The translations under genes and the position numbers were made by a program. A stretch of 64,000 bases of DNA, taken from Terriglobia bacterium (lineage in GTDB: Bacteria; Acidobacteriota; Polarisedimenticolia; Polarisedimenticolales; JAIQFR01). Below, in pieces: positions 54,543 through 64,000 of this stretch. Numbering within the stretch: the stretch's first letter is position 1; each line of letters opens with the position of its first letter. Location: positions 4,073 through 68,072 of the forward strand of contig JAIQFR010000007.1 in assembly GCA_020073205.1 (NCBI GenBank). Reading direction: 5' to 3'. The notes beneath the pieces were generated by a model. It was not told the DNA's origin. It searched no databases and worked only from the letters and a program-made list of their open reading frames with translations.

Positions 54543-55154
54543 GTGGGACCTCGGCAAGGACGGTCGGACAACGTGGCGACACATCGGGCCATCGCGGCTT
54601 TGAGCCGAGCGATTCTGGGGCTGATGAAGGAACGGTACGCCGAGGCGGAGTCCGCGAGCGCGGAGTTCAAGCTCTATCAGGCGAAGGACTTCGGATCGCC
54701 GATGAGCGAGGGATTCTCGCTTTTCCTGTACCACGTGACGCTCAATACGACCCTGCGGAACCCGCCCCTCAGGCGCTCGCCCGACGGCCGGCGGTTCCGT
54801 CCGTCTCTCCCGCTGGACCTGCACTATCTCCTGACCCCGTGGGCGGCCGACGCCGAGAGGCAACAGCGCATGCTGGGGTGGGCGGCGCGTTTCATGGAGG
54901 ACAATACCTCGCTGCCCGCCTTCGTGATCAACCGGTACGCGGACGCCGACGATGTCTTCCCCCCGGGGGACACCATCGAGCTTGCTTGCGAGTCCCTTGC
55001 GCTCTCCGATTTCCTGGGACTCTGGGACAAGCTCGGACCCGGGCTCGAGACGTCGATCGCCTACGTCGCCCGCGCGATCCAGATCGATTCCGAGGTGGAA
55101 TTGTCGGACGCGGATCGCGCTCGAGCCGGCGGTGGCCCGGGCCCGGCGCCCTGA
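54543..55154 (+). CDS. DUF4255 (Pvc16_N-like) protein
   Basis: FSLFLYHVTLNTTLRNPP...LDLHYLLTPWA pattern resembles DUF4255. No other contractile-injection-system genes nearby. Confidence 0.4.
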   Translation: MGPRQGRSDNVATHRAIAALSRAILGLMKERYAEAESASAEFKLYQAKDFGSPMSEGFSLFLYHVTLNTTLRNPPLRRSPDGRRFRPSLPLDLHYLLTPWAADAERQQRMLGWAARFMEDNTSLPAFVINRYADADDVFPPGDTIELACESLALSDFLGLWDKLGPGLETSIAYVARAIQIDSEVELSDADRARAGGGPGPAP

Positions 55155-55170
55155 GCTGGAGGACCCGTCC

Positions 55171-56538
55171 ATGCCCTTTTCACGTTTCCCGCTCCACGCC
55201 GCCCTGCTGAAGGGCGTGAAGGACCTCGGCTTCACGAGACCGACGCCGATTCAGGAGCAGGCGATTCCGCCCGCCGCGGAAGGTCGCGATGTCCTGGCCT
55301 GCGCGATGACCGGGAGCGGGAAGACGGCGGCGTTCCTCCTGCCGATCCTGGAGCGCCTGATGGGCAAGCCCCGAGGCGCGACGCGCGCGCTCATTCTGAC
55401 GCCCACGCGCGAGCTCGCCGCGCAGATCCACACGCACCTGGAGGAACTGGCCGTCCATACGCCGGTCACCGGCGCGAGCGTGTTCGGCGGCGTGGGGATG
55501 GGGCCGCAGGAGCACGCGTTCCGGAGCGGGGTGGACGTGATCGTCGCGACGCCTGGCCGCCTTCTCGACCACTTCCACCACCCGTACGCGCGCCTCGCGG
55601 CTCTCGAAGTCCTTGTCCTGGACGAGGCCGACCGGATGCTCGACATGGGATTCCTGCCGGACATCAAGCGGATCCTCCGTCAGATCCCCCGGAAACGGCA
55701 GACGCTGTTCTTCGCCGCGACCCTTCCGCGGGAGATCGCCAGCCTCGCGCAGGAGATGCTCACGAATCCCGTGACGATCAACCTGGAGCGCCGGTCGGCG
55801 CCCGCCGTCGGCATCACGCAGGCCGTCTACCCGGTCGCGAGGGAGCTGAAGCCGGCGCTGCTCCTGGAGCTTCTCGTCAGGGACGTCATCGCGGACGCGA
55901 TCGTCTTCACGCGGACGAAGCATCGCGCCAACCGCCTCGCCGCGTACCTCGAGCGGAATCGGATCGTGACCGCCCGGATCCACGGGAATCGGAGCCAGAA
56001 GCAGCGGACGGAGGCCCTAGAGGGATTCAAGGACGGGCGGCACCGGATCCTGGTGGCGACCGACATCGTGTCCCGCGGGATCGACGTGGAGGCGCTGGGT
56101 CACGTGGTCAACTTCGACGTTCCGGCGGACCCGGACTCGTACATCCACCGCGTGGGAAGGACGGCCCGCGCGGAGGCGACCGGGGACGCGTTCACCTTCG
56201 TCTCGCCGGACGAGGAGCAGGACCTGGCGGCGATCGAGCGGGTGGTGGGAAAGCGCCTGCCGCGGGTGACCCTTCCCGGCTTCGACTACGCGAAGAAGCC
56301 GGAGGGGCGCCTCGAGATCCCGATCCACGAGCGACTCGCCGCGGCGCGAGCGGCCAGAGGCGGTGGGCGGCCTCGCCGCGGCGCGAGCACAGCGGCGCAG
56401 AAGCCCCGCCCCGCGCCGTCCTCCCGCGGCCGCGGCGACCGCGAGGCGAGGCTCCAGGCGATTCTCGACAAGCACGCCCCCATCGCCGATGCCCCGCGCG
56501 GGATGGTGCCCCGGGGGCGCCGTCGGACCGGCCGGTAG
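55171..56538 (+). CDS. DEAD-box ATP-dependent RNA helicase (RhlE-like) with an Arg-rich C-terminal tail
   Basis: Q-motif FTRPTPIQEQAIP, motif I AMTGSGKTAAF, DEAD box VLDEADRML, SAT, HRVGRTARAE. Confidence 0.85.
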   Translation: MPFSRFPLHAALLKGVKDLGFTRPTPIQEQAIPPAAEGRDVLACAMTGSGKTAAFLLPILERLMGKPRGATRALILTPTRELAAQIHTHLEELAVHTPVTGASVFGGVGMGPQEHAFRSGVDVIVATPGRLLDHFHHPYARLAALEVLVLDEADRMLDMGFLPDIKRILRQIPRKRQTLFFAATLPREIASLAQEMLTNPVTINLERRSAPAVGITQAVYPVARELKPALLLELLVRDVIADAIVFTRTKHRANRLAAYLERNRIVTARIHGNRSQKQRTEALEGFKDGRHRILVATDIVSRGIDVEALGHVVNFDVPADPDSYIHRVGRTARAEATGDAFTFVSPDEEQDLAAIERVVGKRLPRVTLPGFDYAKKPEGRLEIPIHERLAAARAARGGGRPRRGASTAAQKPRPAPSSRGRGDREARLQAILDKHAPIADAPRGMVPRGRRRTGR

Positions 56539-56566
56539 GGGATCGGGTCTCCGCATCCCCTCGGCG

Positions 56567-56595
56567 TCGACAGACCGCCCTGAACGTGCTAGAAT
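56567..56595 (+). promoter_or_regulatory. Sigma70-like promoter: -35 TCGACA (56567), 17-bp spacer, extended -10 TGcTAGAAT (56587..56595). Would give a ~150-nt leader for the RRM gene
   Basis: Motifs read directly. Located between the helicase terminator hairpin and the RRM gene. Confidence 0.4.
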
Positions 56596-56748
56596 CCTTT
56601 GAGGTCCCGGCCACATTCTCTCGTACAGAAACGAAGCGTGCGTGTGCCGAAGCCGTAAGGTGCCGAGGCACGTGGCTCGACCCACGTAGGGTCGAGGACC
56701 AGGACCCGGAAACGGCTCCCCCAGCGGGAGCGACAGGAGTCGGAAAGC

Positions 56749-57042
56749 ATGGCTACGAGACTGTACGTCGGGAATCTCTCCTTCAGCGCCGATGAGAGCC
56801 AGGTGCGCGACCTGTTCTCGCAGAACGGTCGGACGGTGACGGAAGTCAAGCTCATCACGGATCGCGATACCGGGCGGTTGCGCGGCTTCGGGTTCGTGGA
56901 GATGGGCAGCAGCGCGGACGCCGACGCGGCGATCCGCGAGATCAACGGCATGGACTTCGGTGGACGGGCGCTCACCGTGAATCAGGCGAAGGAGCGCACC
57001 GCCGGTGGCGGGGGCGGCGGCGGAGACCGCTGGGGCCGTTAG
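56749..57042 (+). CDS. RRM-type Gly-rich RNA-binding protein
   Basis: RNP2 LYVGNLSF and RNP1 RGFGFVEM motifs. C-terminal GGGGGGG. Confidence 0.8.
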   Translation: MATRLYVGNLSFSADESQVRDLFSQNGRTVTEVKLITDRDTGRLRGFGFVEMGSSADADAAIREINGMDFGGRALTVNQAKERTAGGGGGGGDRWGR

Positions 57043-57050
57043 GCGAGACG

Positions 57051-57086
57051 CCGCCGCGGTCGGAGCATCGAGACCGCGGCGGTTTC
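57051..57086 (+). terminator. Rho-independent terminator: CCGCCGCGGTC-ggagcatcga-GACCGCGGCGG followed by TTTC
   Basis: 11-bp perfect stem 9 nt after the RRM stop. T-tract present. Confidence 0.55.
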
Positions 57087-57178
57087 ACGGACCGAGCGGA
57101 ACGGGGACGCCTCCCGGTGGGCGTCCCCGCTGAGTCTGGGCGGGTTCCGAGCCGGCTCGGAGCCTGCCGCTGGATTGG

Positions 57179-57448
57179 ATGCTGCCGAATGAGAACGGCG
57201 CGCAGCCGTTCCGGGAGGTGGTCGTGGCGAAGGACTCCGTGGCATTCGCCCTGAAGGACCGTGTCACCCATTCCGTCTTCGGCCTGGGAACGATCAGTGG
57301 GGTCAACGACAAGTACACCACGATCGTCTTCGACGAGCGCGGCACCAAGAAATTCGTGACCAGCCTCGTCCAGCTCGGGCACAGCACCACCCCGGCGCCG
57401 GGCAGGTCCTCGCGGGCCAAGAAGGTCGGAGCGGCGGGATCCACTTAG
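57179..57448 (+). CDS. Small hypothetical protein
   Basis: ORF only. Weak resemblance to small DUF proteins (VTHSVFGLGTI...VFDERGTKKFV). Confidence 0.3.
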   Translation: MLPNENGAQPFREVVVAKDSVAFALKDRVTHSVFGLGTISGVNDKYTTIVFDERGTKKFVTSLVQLGHSTTPAPGRSSRAKKVGAAGST

Positions 57449-57506
57449 CTGGGTCGAGGCGAGCGCGCGACCCACAGGACCGCAACGACGCTCGGCGATT
57501 CGACGA

Positions 57507-58277
57507 TCAGAGCGTCAGCTGATACGCGGCGTAGCCTTCGAGTCGAACGTCGCCGGCGAGGCTCCGGCCGGCCGATAGCAGCAGGTGGTGGCGTTCGCCG
57601 AAGTCGAGCACGAGCCCGAGATTGAACCGGGTGTCGCCGCTTCCGCCGATGCGGTCGGGGGTCTGGCGGAACACCTCGCCACCGAGCGTCGCGGCCTTCG
57701 AGAGTCGTCGCTGCGCGAGCCAGCCCGCGAACCACCAGTTCCGGTTGCCGTCCCCCGGATTCCACCCGTAGCCGCCACCGCCGTAAGTGGTCCACGGGCC
57801 GAGGCTCCTCTGGATCCAGAGCGGGACGAAGGCGTGGACATGGCCGGTGCCCAGCCCGTTCCCTGCGTCGCCCGTCGGGAGCACAAGCAGGGGAAAGATC
57901 CCCATCATGGGACGTCCCGGGCCCTCGTCGCGGAATCGAAGCTTGGCGCCGAGCTCGATGTCGCCGAGCCCGCGCTCGGCGGGACCGACGTCCGGCCTCG
58001 CATAGGCCAGCGGCACGACGAGGTGGAGCTGGAGATCGCGCACCACCCCGTAATTGACCTCGAAGTGGGGCGCCGTCCCTGAATCCCCGTCGTGGTCGAG
58101 AAGGCGGTGGGTCGCGACGTAGAACTCCCAGTGCCGGTACTCCACCGGCTCCGGGTCGTCGGTGGCATACGGGGGCCCCGCCGCGACCGGGGTCGAGCAC
58201 AGCAGGAGGGCGCAGGCCACTCGCGAGAACGTTCGCCCTCGCGGGGCGGCACGCACTGCGGCGCGGGGGTGTGGCAT
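57507..58277 (-). CDS. Outer-membrane beta-barrel protein (MetA-pathway-like transporter family)
   Basis: Signal peptide. Alternating beta-strand pattern. C-terminal aromatic residues (...GYAAYQLTL). Confidence 0.5.
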   Translation of the reverse strand: MPHPRAAVRAAPRGRTFSRVACALLLCSTPVAAGPPYATDDPEPVEYRHWEFYVATHRLLDHDGDSGTAPHFEVNYGVVRDLQLHLVVPLAYARPDVGPAERGLGDIELGAKLRFRDEGPGRPMMGIFPLLVLPTGDAGNGLGTGHVHAFVPLWIQRSLGPWTTYGGGGYGWNPGDGNRNWWFAGWLAQRRLSKAATLGGEVFRQTPDRIGGSGDTRFNLGLVLDFGERHHLLLSAGRSLAGDVRLEGYAAYQLTL

Positions 58278-58334
58278 GAGCTGCAGTCTGCGCCGCCGGC
58301 CGGCGGCCCGCAAACGCCGCCGGGTGCCCTTGCC

Positions 58335-58814
58335 CTAGGCGGGCGGCTTGGCGGGCTTCGCTCCGGAGGCCGGGGAAACGTCCATGTCGATGCTGCCCTT
58401 GAACCGGGCGCCGTCGGCCAGGGAGACCCTCGGGGCGCGGATGTTCCCCAGCACGGTTCCCGTGGCCGCGACCTCCACTTTCTGCTCCGCGTTGATGTTC
58501 CCTTTCAGCTCACCGCCGACGATGACGGAGGTCGCCTGGACTTCGGCCATCACCCGCCCGCTCTGTCCGATCGTCACGATGTGGCCGTCCAGGAGGATCT
58601 TCCCATCAACGCGCCCCTCGATCGTGAGGTCTTCGTTACCGCTGAGCTCGCCCTTGATCTGAACCGACTTTCCGATGTTCGCTGCGTGGGCCATTTCCGG
58701 CTTCTCCACTCGCCCGGTTTCGGGGTAAGGTGCGACGTGCTGTGCGACGGGAGCCGCCGTGGGCTGGGGGGGACGAGCGGGCTCCGGCTCCTGCTTCTGT
58801 CCGATCCAGGTCAT
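58335..58814 (-). CDS. Bactofilin-family cytoskeletal protein
   Basis: Start at MTWIGQK. GKSVQIKGELSGNEDLTIEGRVDGKI...VTIGQSGRVMAEVQATSVIVGGELKGNINAEQKVEV beta-helical repeats. Confidence 0.7.
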   Translation of the reverse strand: MTWIGQKQEPEPARPPQPTAAPVAQHVAPYPETGRVEKPEMAHAANIGKSVQIKGELSGNEDLTIEGRVDGKILLDGHIVTIGQSGRVMAEVQATSVIVGGELKGNINAEQKVEVAATGTVLGNIRAPRVSLADGARFKGSIDMDVSPASGAKPAKPPA

Positions 58815-59033
58815 GTCGTTCCGCCTCCTCTGAATCGTCGTCGCCGCCCGCGAGGCGGCTCTTCGGCTACGCGAGAACACACGAATCGGCTCGTGGCCCT
58901 ACCGCGGTGAGCAGCAAGAAGCGTACCGCGGCTTCCCATCCGCCGATGGCCCCACGGAGGCGGTCGCGCGGGGTAAGAACGATACGACCGGGTAAGCCCG
59001 ACACGGAACGGACGCGTCCGCTATCATGAAGGG

Positions 59034-59681
59034 ATGGTCAGGGAACTGCGCGCGAAGGTCGGCGGGAGCGGGCTGGCGATCACGGCCCTCGCCGCAGTGC
59101 TCGTGGCCGCCGGGATCGCGTGGCTGGACGCTCCCGTGGCCTCCGTCTCGTATCGGCTGATCAGCGCCAACGACACCGTGGAGCGATACGCGCATCGGAT
59201 TCCGGACGCGCTGTTCTGGATCGTGGTGCTGGTCACCGCGGCCTGCTGGACCACCTACTCCGCCCTGACCCGGAAGGGATTCCACGACCTGCGTACCCGC
59301 TTCCTTCGGGTCTGCGGGACCGGGGTGCCCGCCAGCTTCGCCGCGAAGAGCCTGCTGCAGTGGGTTTTCGGGCGATCGGATCCTCTGGCCTGGGTCCTCT
59401 ACGACCAGGTGCCGCAGTTCTTCTGGTTCAGCTGGGGGCCACGCGTCGGCAGCTTCCCGTCGGGCCACATGACCGTATTCACCACCCTCGCGACAGCGCT
59501 TTGGCTCCACTACCCGCGCTACAAGCCGGTCTACGTCGGGTTCCTCGCGCTCCTGGGACTGGCGCTCGTCGTGACGACCTACCACTACTTCAGCGACGTG
59601 ATCGCCGGAGCCTACCTGGGAGGCGTCATCGGTATGGCGGCCCGGCGAGGGATGGAGCGAGCCCGCCTGTCGCCCCGCTGA
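59034..59681 (+). CDS. PAP2-family phosphatase (membrane)
   Basis: SFPSGH and HYFSDV motifs of PAP2. Confidence 0.75.
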   Translation: MVRELRAKVGGSGLAITALAAVLVAAGIAWLDAPVASVSYRLISANDTVERYAHRIPDALFWIVVLVTAACWTTYSALTRKGFHDLRTRFLRVCGTGVPASFAAKSLLQWVFGRSDPLAWVLYDQVPQFFWFSWGPRVGSFPSGHMTVFTTLATALWLHYPRYKPVYVGFLALLGLALVVTTYHYFSDVIAGAYLGGVIGMAARRGMERARLSPR

Positions 59682-59785
59682 AACACCCCCGGCGGACGGA
59701 ACAGGGTTGAAGCGCGACCGCGGTTGGAGCAGCATGTCGCGGGCGGAAGGAAGCCGCTCGGCGCTCGAGCGCGAGGAGACTTGCG

Positions 59786-60829
59786 ATGCCGATCCGACGG
59801 GCAACGGACCGCGGCGGCGGGCGGGGCCGGGACGTTCCCGAGGGCTGGACGCGGGACGCGGTTCTCGACTTCGCGCGGAGCTTCCAGCCGGCGTGCGTGC
59901 TGGCGGCGGCCGCGGATCTCGACGTGTTTCGCGCGCTCGCGGAAGGACCGCTGACCGCGGGAGACCTGGCGGTCCGGGTGCAGGGGGACGTTCGCGCGAC
60001 GGCGGTCCTGCTCGACGCATTGGCCGCGCTTCGCGTCTTGAGCAAGGAGAACGGCGTCTATTCGCTGTCGGAGGGGATCGGCGAGACGCTGGGCCGGACG
60101 GGCCGCGGCAGCGTCCTCGCGATGGTGCAGCACCAGGCCAACTGCCTCCGCCGCTGGACGACGCTCGCGGCCACCGTGAGGGGCGGCCGGCCGTGCCCGC
60201 GCACGCCGAGCGTTCGAGGCGAAGCGGCCGATCAGGAGGCGTTCATCCTGGCGATGAACGACCTGGCGTCGACGACCGCGGATGCGCTGATCCGTCGCTT
60301 GGAGCCGATCGCGTTCCGGTGCCTGCTGGACGTGGGGGGGGCATCCGGCACGTGGACGGTCGCGTTCCTGCGGGCGTGCGGGTCGGGACGGGCGGTCCTC
60401 TTCGATCTCCCGCCGGCGATCGTTCTCGCGCGGCGACGGTTCGCGGAGGAGGGGCTCGAAGATCGGGTCACGCTGGTGGCGGGGGACTTCTACAGCGACC
60501 CGCTGCCGGGCGGCGCCGACCTGGCCTGGGTCAGCGCGATCGTCCACCAGAACTCGCGGGAGCAGAACCGCGATCTGTTCCGCAAGGTGGCGGCCGCGCT
60601 GGTCTCGGGGGGGAGGATCGCCATCCGGGACGTGCTGATGGAGCCGTCGCGCACGGAGCCCGTGGCCGGCGCGCTGTTCGCCGTGAACATGCTCGTGGGC
60701 AGCGAGGGCGGCGGCACGTACACCATCGACGAGATGGTCGAGGACCTCGACGCCTCGGGGTTCGGCGAGACGGCGGTCGCGCATCGCGAGCCTTCGATGA
60801 ACTCGATTCTGACCGCTCGGAAACGCTGA
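59786..60829 (+). CDS. Class I SAM-dependent O-methyltransferase (Methyltransf_2-like)
   Basis: LLDVGGASGTWTVAFL (motif I) with an N-terminal dimerisation-like region. Confidence 0.7.
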   Translation: MPIRRATDRGGGRGRDVPEGWTRDAVLDFARSFQPACVLAAAADLDVFRALAEGPLTAGDLAVRVQGDVRATAVLLDALAALRVLSKENGVYSLSEGIGETLGRTGRGSVLAMVQHQANCLRRWTTLAATVRGGRPCPRTPSVRGEAADQEAFILAMNDLASTTADALIRRLEPIAFRCLLDVGGASGTWTVAFLRACGSGRAVLFDLPPAIVLARRRFAEEGLEDRVTLVAGDFYSDPLPGGADLAWVSAIVHQNSREQNRDLFRKVAAALVSGGRIAIRDVLMEPSRTEPVAGALFAVNMLVGSEGGGTYTIDEMVEDLDASGFGETAVAHREPSMNSILTARKR

Positions 60830-60846
60830 CGCCCGACCCGAGCGAT

Positions 60847-61431
60847 CTACTTCCCCCGGGTGGGTACGGCGGGTCGCTTGGAGTCGAAGAGGCGGACGTA
60901 CTCCCCGTACCCCTCGCGCTCGAGGTCCTCCTTCGGGACGAAGCGAAGCGACGCGGAGTTCATGCAGTAGCGGAGGCCGGTGGGTGGAGGCCCGTCGTCG
61001 AAGACGTGACCCAGGTGAGAATCGGCGTGCGCCGACCGCACCTCGGTGGCCCTCACGAAGAATTTCCAATCCGCCTTCGTGCGGATGTTCCCCGGCTCGA
61101 GCGCCTTGCTGAAGCTCGGCCATCCCGTGCCGGAGTCGTACTTGTCGAGCGAGCTGAAGAGAGGCTCTCCCGAGACCACGTCGACGTAGATCCCCTCCCT
61201 ATGGTTGTCCCAGTATTCGTTGTGGAACGACGGCTCCGTCGCGGCGTGCTGGGTGACGTCGTATTGCAGCGGGCCGAGCGTTCGCTTCAGGTCGGCGTCG
61301 GCGGGCTTGCGGAACCCCGTCGGGTCCCACGCCCTGGCGTCCCCCGCCGAGCCGGCGAGCATCGCCGCCACGGCGACGAGGGGAAGCACCCCGGCGACGA
61401 ATGCGCTTCGGGCCATGAGTTCCGGGATCAT
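60847..61431 (-). CDS. msrB: Peptide-methionine (R)-S-oxide reductase, secreted
   Basis: GTGWPSF...HLGHVF...RYCMNSASL (SelR/MsrB motifs). Signal peptide. Confidence 0.85.
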   Translation of the reverse strand: MIPELMARSAFVAGVLPLVAVAAMLAGSAGDARAWDPTGFRKPADADLKRTLGPLQYDVTQHAATEPSFHNEYWDNHREGIYVDVVSGEPLFSSLDKYDSGTGWPSFSKALEPGNIRTKADWKFFVRATEVRSAHADSHLGHVFDDGPPPTGLRYCMNSASLRFVPKEDLEREGYGEYVRLFDSKRPAVPTRGK

Positions 61432-62087
61432 CTCGTCTCCTCCGTCTCGCCGACGGCGGCGCCCCACAACGCCTTAAGGCGCTGGTCGCGGCCGCAGTTC
61501 CAGCGATAGAAATGGTAACGGACGGGATTCTTCTTGTAGTACCCCTGGTGGTACTCCTCGGCCGGGTAGAACTCCGTCGCGGGAACGACCTCGGTCACGA
61601 CGGGACCGGGCAGGCGCCCGGACGCCTCGACCCGTCGCTTCGATTCCTCCGCGAGCCGCCGCTGGCTCTCGTCGTGGAAGAAGATCGCGGAGCGGTACTG
61701 GTGGCCGTGATCGCAGAACTCCGCGTCCGGCGTCGTCGGGTCGATGTTGTGCCAGAACACGTCGAGCAGGCGGGCGTAATCGATCTTGAGGGGGTCGTAC
61801 ACGATCCGCACCGACTCGGCGTGACCGGTGCCGCCGCCCGAGACCTCCTCGTAGGTCGGGTTCTTCGTGTGCCCTCCGGTGTACCCCACGGTGACCGAGA
61901 TCACCCCGTCCAGCTTCTCGAAGGGGGGCTCCATGCACCAGAAGCAGCCGCCGGCGAAGGTCGCCATCGCGGTGGGGTGGGGCGCGGGAGTCGCTTCCGC
62001 CCTCGCGTCCGCGGGACGGAGCAGCGAAGGGCCCAGAGCCACGAGGAGCGTCATCGCCCTCGTCAGTCCAAGGTTCGTGAGCGACAT
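61428..62087 (-). CDS. msrA: Peptide-methionine (S)-S-oxide reductase
   Basis: [17 protein letters not shown] active-site motif. Stop overlaps the msrB start (ATGA). Confidence 0.85.
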   Translation of the reverse strand: MSLTNLGLTRAMTLLVALGPSLLRPADARAEATPAPHPTAMATFAGGCFWCMEPPFEKLDGVISVTVGYTGGHTKNPTYEEVSGGGTGHAESVRIVYDPLKIDYARLLDVFWHNIDPTTPDAEFCDHGHQYRSAIFFHDESQRRLAEESKRRVEASGRLPGPVVTEVVPATEFYPAEEYHQGYYKKNPVRYHFYRWNCGRDQRLKALWGAAVGETEETR

Positions 62088-62217
62088 GGCACCCGTCCTT
62101 GCTGTCGGCCGCTGCCGGCCCCGGTTCTTGCGTCTCGCTCGGATTGGATGCGCCGGGGGCCGGGCGGGTTTCGGGCCCTCGTCGCCGCAGGGAGATCGCT
62201 GGCCGGGGGCGTCCCGA

Positions 62218-63507
62218 TCAGGTGCGCCGCTCGGCTCGGGGCGAGGGGGGAGGAGGCTCGCTTCCGGCCACGATGATCCGGGGCCAGGCGGCTTGCCCCC
62301 CGGGCGAGGCGAACGACTCGACGGCCCGGATCTTCTTCTTGAGGAGCAGCAAGCTCAGCGAGAGCGCGAGCATGCGAACCAGCCGGAGGTAGTCCTGGGT
62401 CGCGCCGTGGACGCGGCCGCTCGGACCCCCGTCGCCCAGGAGGAGCGCCACCAGACGGTCGTTGAGATGCACCGGAGCGAGGAAGACTTCGGCAGGGGCC
62501 GGCGCGCCGAGAGCCGCGTAGACGGTCCGAAGACCGGGCCCGCCCGCGAGCGGGCCTCGATAGTGCTCGTTGCCGAGGAGGAGATCGAAGACGCCCGCGC
62601 CCTGGATCGGGAACCGCAGGGAGGACGTCCCGCCCGGCGGCGGCGAGAAACCGGAGGTGGTCCAAACGACCGCGTCCTCGCCCTTGACCGCGAGCAGGAC
62701 CGAGCGTGCCATCGTTGCCGACGCGTAGTCCATGACCGCCCGGCCGATGTCGTCCTTGTCGTTCGCGGCACAGAGCCGCTCCGAGGCTCCCGCCAACGAG
62801 CCCGCGGCTTCCGGCGCGTCGTCACCGGTCCCTTGTGGGTGCACGGCGGCGGGAACGCCGCCGGATTCCGGCGGCTCCGTGCCGCAGATCTCCTCCGCGA
62901 TCTCGACCCACGACCGGCCGTAGCCGAACTCGGAGCCGAGCTGGGAAGGATCCACGTTTTCCGCGGTTCCGGAGCTGTAGGTCTCCCCGAGAGCCATCGA
63001 CGGCGACCCGGCCTCGCGCGAGAGTTCCTTCGACACGGGATCGATGGATCGAGCGATGGCGATGTACCGGAGACTCCGCTGGACGTCGTAGTGCCTCTCC
63101 ATCGCCTCGACGATCCTCACCTCCGGAGCGATCCACGGCGCGATCTTGTGACCCGAGCCGAACGCCAGGGCATCGAGCGCGAGGAGGTCCTTGGGATCGA
63201 CCATCGCGACGTGCAGCGTGTGTTCCTTCAGCTCGATCGGTACCGCCCGGTACTCCACGACGAGGCGTTTCGGCAGAGCCCGGGCCAGGCCCTCGTGGAT
63301 GCTCTCCAGCAACGATGGAGGGGCGTACGGCACTTGAAGCACCTCCGAGAGCGTCCGCCCGAGCTGGTCCTCGACGACGAATCCCAGCTCGAGCAGGCAG
63401 GTGCCCAGATGTCCGCCCAGGATGAGCTGATTCTTGAGCGCCACCTCGAGCTGGGCCGGTGTGATCAGCCCCTTCTCGATGAGAGCCTCGCCGATCCTCT
63501 TGCCCAT
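62218..63507 (-). CDS. Protein with an N-terminal T2SS-E N-terminal-like (GspE_N) domain
   Basis: Start at MGKRIGEALIEKGLITPAQLEVALKNQLILGG. The C-terminal region is unrecognised. Confidence 0.5.
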   Translation of the reverse strand: MGKRIGEALIEKGLITPAQLEVALKNQLILGGHLGTCLLELGFVVEDQLGRTLSEVLQVPYAPPSLLESIHEGLARALPKRLVVEYRAVPIELKEHTLHVAMVDPKDLLALDALAFGSGHKIAPWIAPEVRIVEAMERHYDVQRSLRYIAIARSIDPVSKELSREAGSPSMALGETYSSGTAENVDPSQLGSEFGYGRSWVEIAEEICGTEPPESGGVPAAVHPQGTGDDAPEAAGSLAGASERLCAANDKDDIGRAVMDYASATMARSVLLAVKGEDAVVWTTSGFSPPPGGTSSLRFPIQGAGVFDLLLGNEHYRGPLAGGPGLRTVYAALGAPAPAEVFLAPVHLNDRLVALLLGDGGPSGRVHGATQDYLRLVRMLALSLSLLLLKKKIRAVESFASPGGQAAWPRIIVAGSEPPPPSPRAERRT

Positions 63508-63533
63508 CTTCCACCCCGATGAGGGCGGAGGCT

Positions 63534-63992
63534 TCAGCGCGCGCCGCGGGCCGCTCCGGCTCCCCCGGACGTAGCCGCGGGGATCATCTCGATCTCCCGG
63601 GTCGCCTCGGTGAACACGTACGCTCGCTCGTTGTTGTCGCCCTCGTCGACCGGGACGATGAAGAACCCCTTCCGCGCCGGAGTGTACGAGGTCGTCGTGC
63701 CGTGGAGGACCTCGCCGTCGAGGAACGTCACCCTCAGCCGGTGCCCACCGCCTCGCCCCCAACGGATCGCGGAGCCGCCCTTGCGGCTCTTGTTCCCGGC
63801 GAACGTCTTCACGAAGAAGACCGCCTTGAGGCCCTTTGCGGAGATCGGTTCGATCTTCCTCTCGTCCTCGGCGTCCACCAGGTGGAAGCTCTCCTTGTTG
63901 GGGAGGAAGTCGAAGGTGAATCCCTTCAGGACACGGCCGTCAAGGCAGCGGACCACAACCCTCGTCTTGAACGCCATCGATCGTTCCCCCAT
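63534..63992 (-). CDS. Hypothetical protein with two tandem beta-rich repeats (possible PilZ-like)
   Basis: RVVVRCLDGRVLKGFTFDF and RLRVTFLDGEVLHGTTTSY repeats. Confidence 0.35.
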   Translation of the reverse strand: MGERSMAFKTRVVVRCLDGRVLKGFTFDFLPNKESFHLVDAEDERKIEPISAKGLKAVFFVKTFAGNKSRKGGSAIRWGRGGGHRLRVTFLDGEVLHGTTTSYTPARKGFFIVPVDEGDNNERAYVFTEATREIEMIPAATSGGAGAARGAR

Positions 63993-64000
63993 TCGCCGCG

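Noticed and set aside
58899-63522. ORFs 58899..60020 (-), 59612..61123 (-), 59707..61509 (+) and 61867..63522 (+)
   Set aside because: Overlap the PAP2, O-methyltransferase, msrB, msrA and GspE_N-protein frames, which carry clear motifs.
1-64000. Scan for tRNA, rRNA or tmRNA genes
   Set aside because: No cloverleaf-compatible GTTCGAATC-type T-arm contexts or rRNA-like conserved blocks were seen. Nothing could be supported by eye.

Overview
High-GC (about 70%) bacterial chromosomal segment read from sequence alone. The first 6.2 kb is an accessory island that looks like an integron-type gene-cassette array. It holds nine short cassettes carrying type II toxin-antitoxin pairs (higBA reversed, brnTA twice, hicBA, a HigB pseudogene with its HTH antitoxin), an Mrr restriction enzyme, an SRPBCC protein, a small secreted protein and a truncated RelE/ParE remnant. 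Each cassette is followed by a 70-100 bp imperfect palindrome with RYYYAAC ... GTTRRRY boundaries, i.e. an attC-like site. The 5' end of an IS110-family transposase abuts the array at the window start, and no intI is visible. The remaining 58 kb looks like ordinary chromosome: three very large secreted or surface proteins (a subtilisin-like S8 protease, a PKD/Cys-rich-repeat protein, a Kelch beta-propeller protein), two carboxypeptidase-regulatory-domain giants, glgA plus a GH57 gene, lemA-htpX-flotillin, an M1 aminopeptidase, two TMTC-like DUF1736+TPR membrane proteins, a PP2C phosphatase with a hybrid histidine kinase, a DEAD-box helicase and RRM protein pair with a recognisable promoter and terminators, and msrA-msrB. 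Two ORFs carry in-frame TGA codons at redox-active positions: a SelW/Rdx-like CxxU protein and a rhodanese-like protein, both candidate selenoproteins. Because of the GC content, many long overlapping ORFs in the six-frame track are artefacts and were rejected. No rRNA, tRNA or CRISPR array was recognised.
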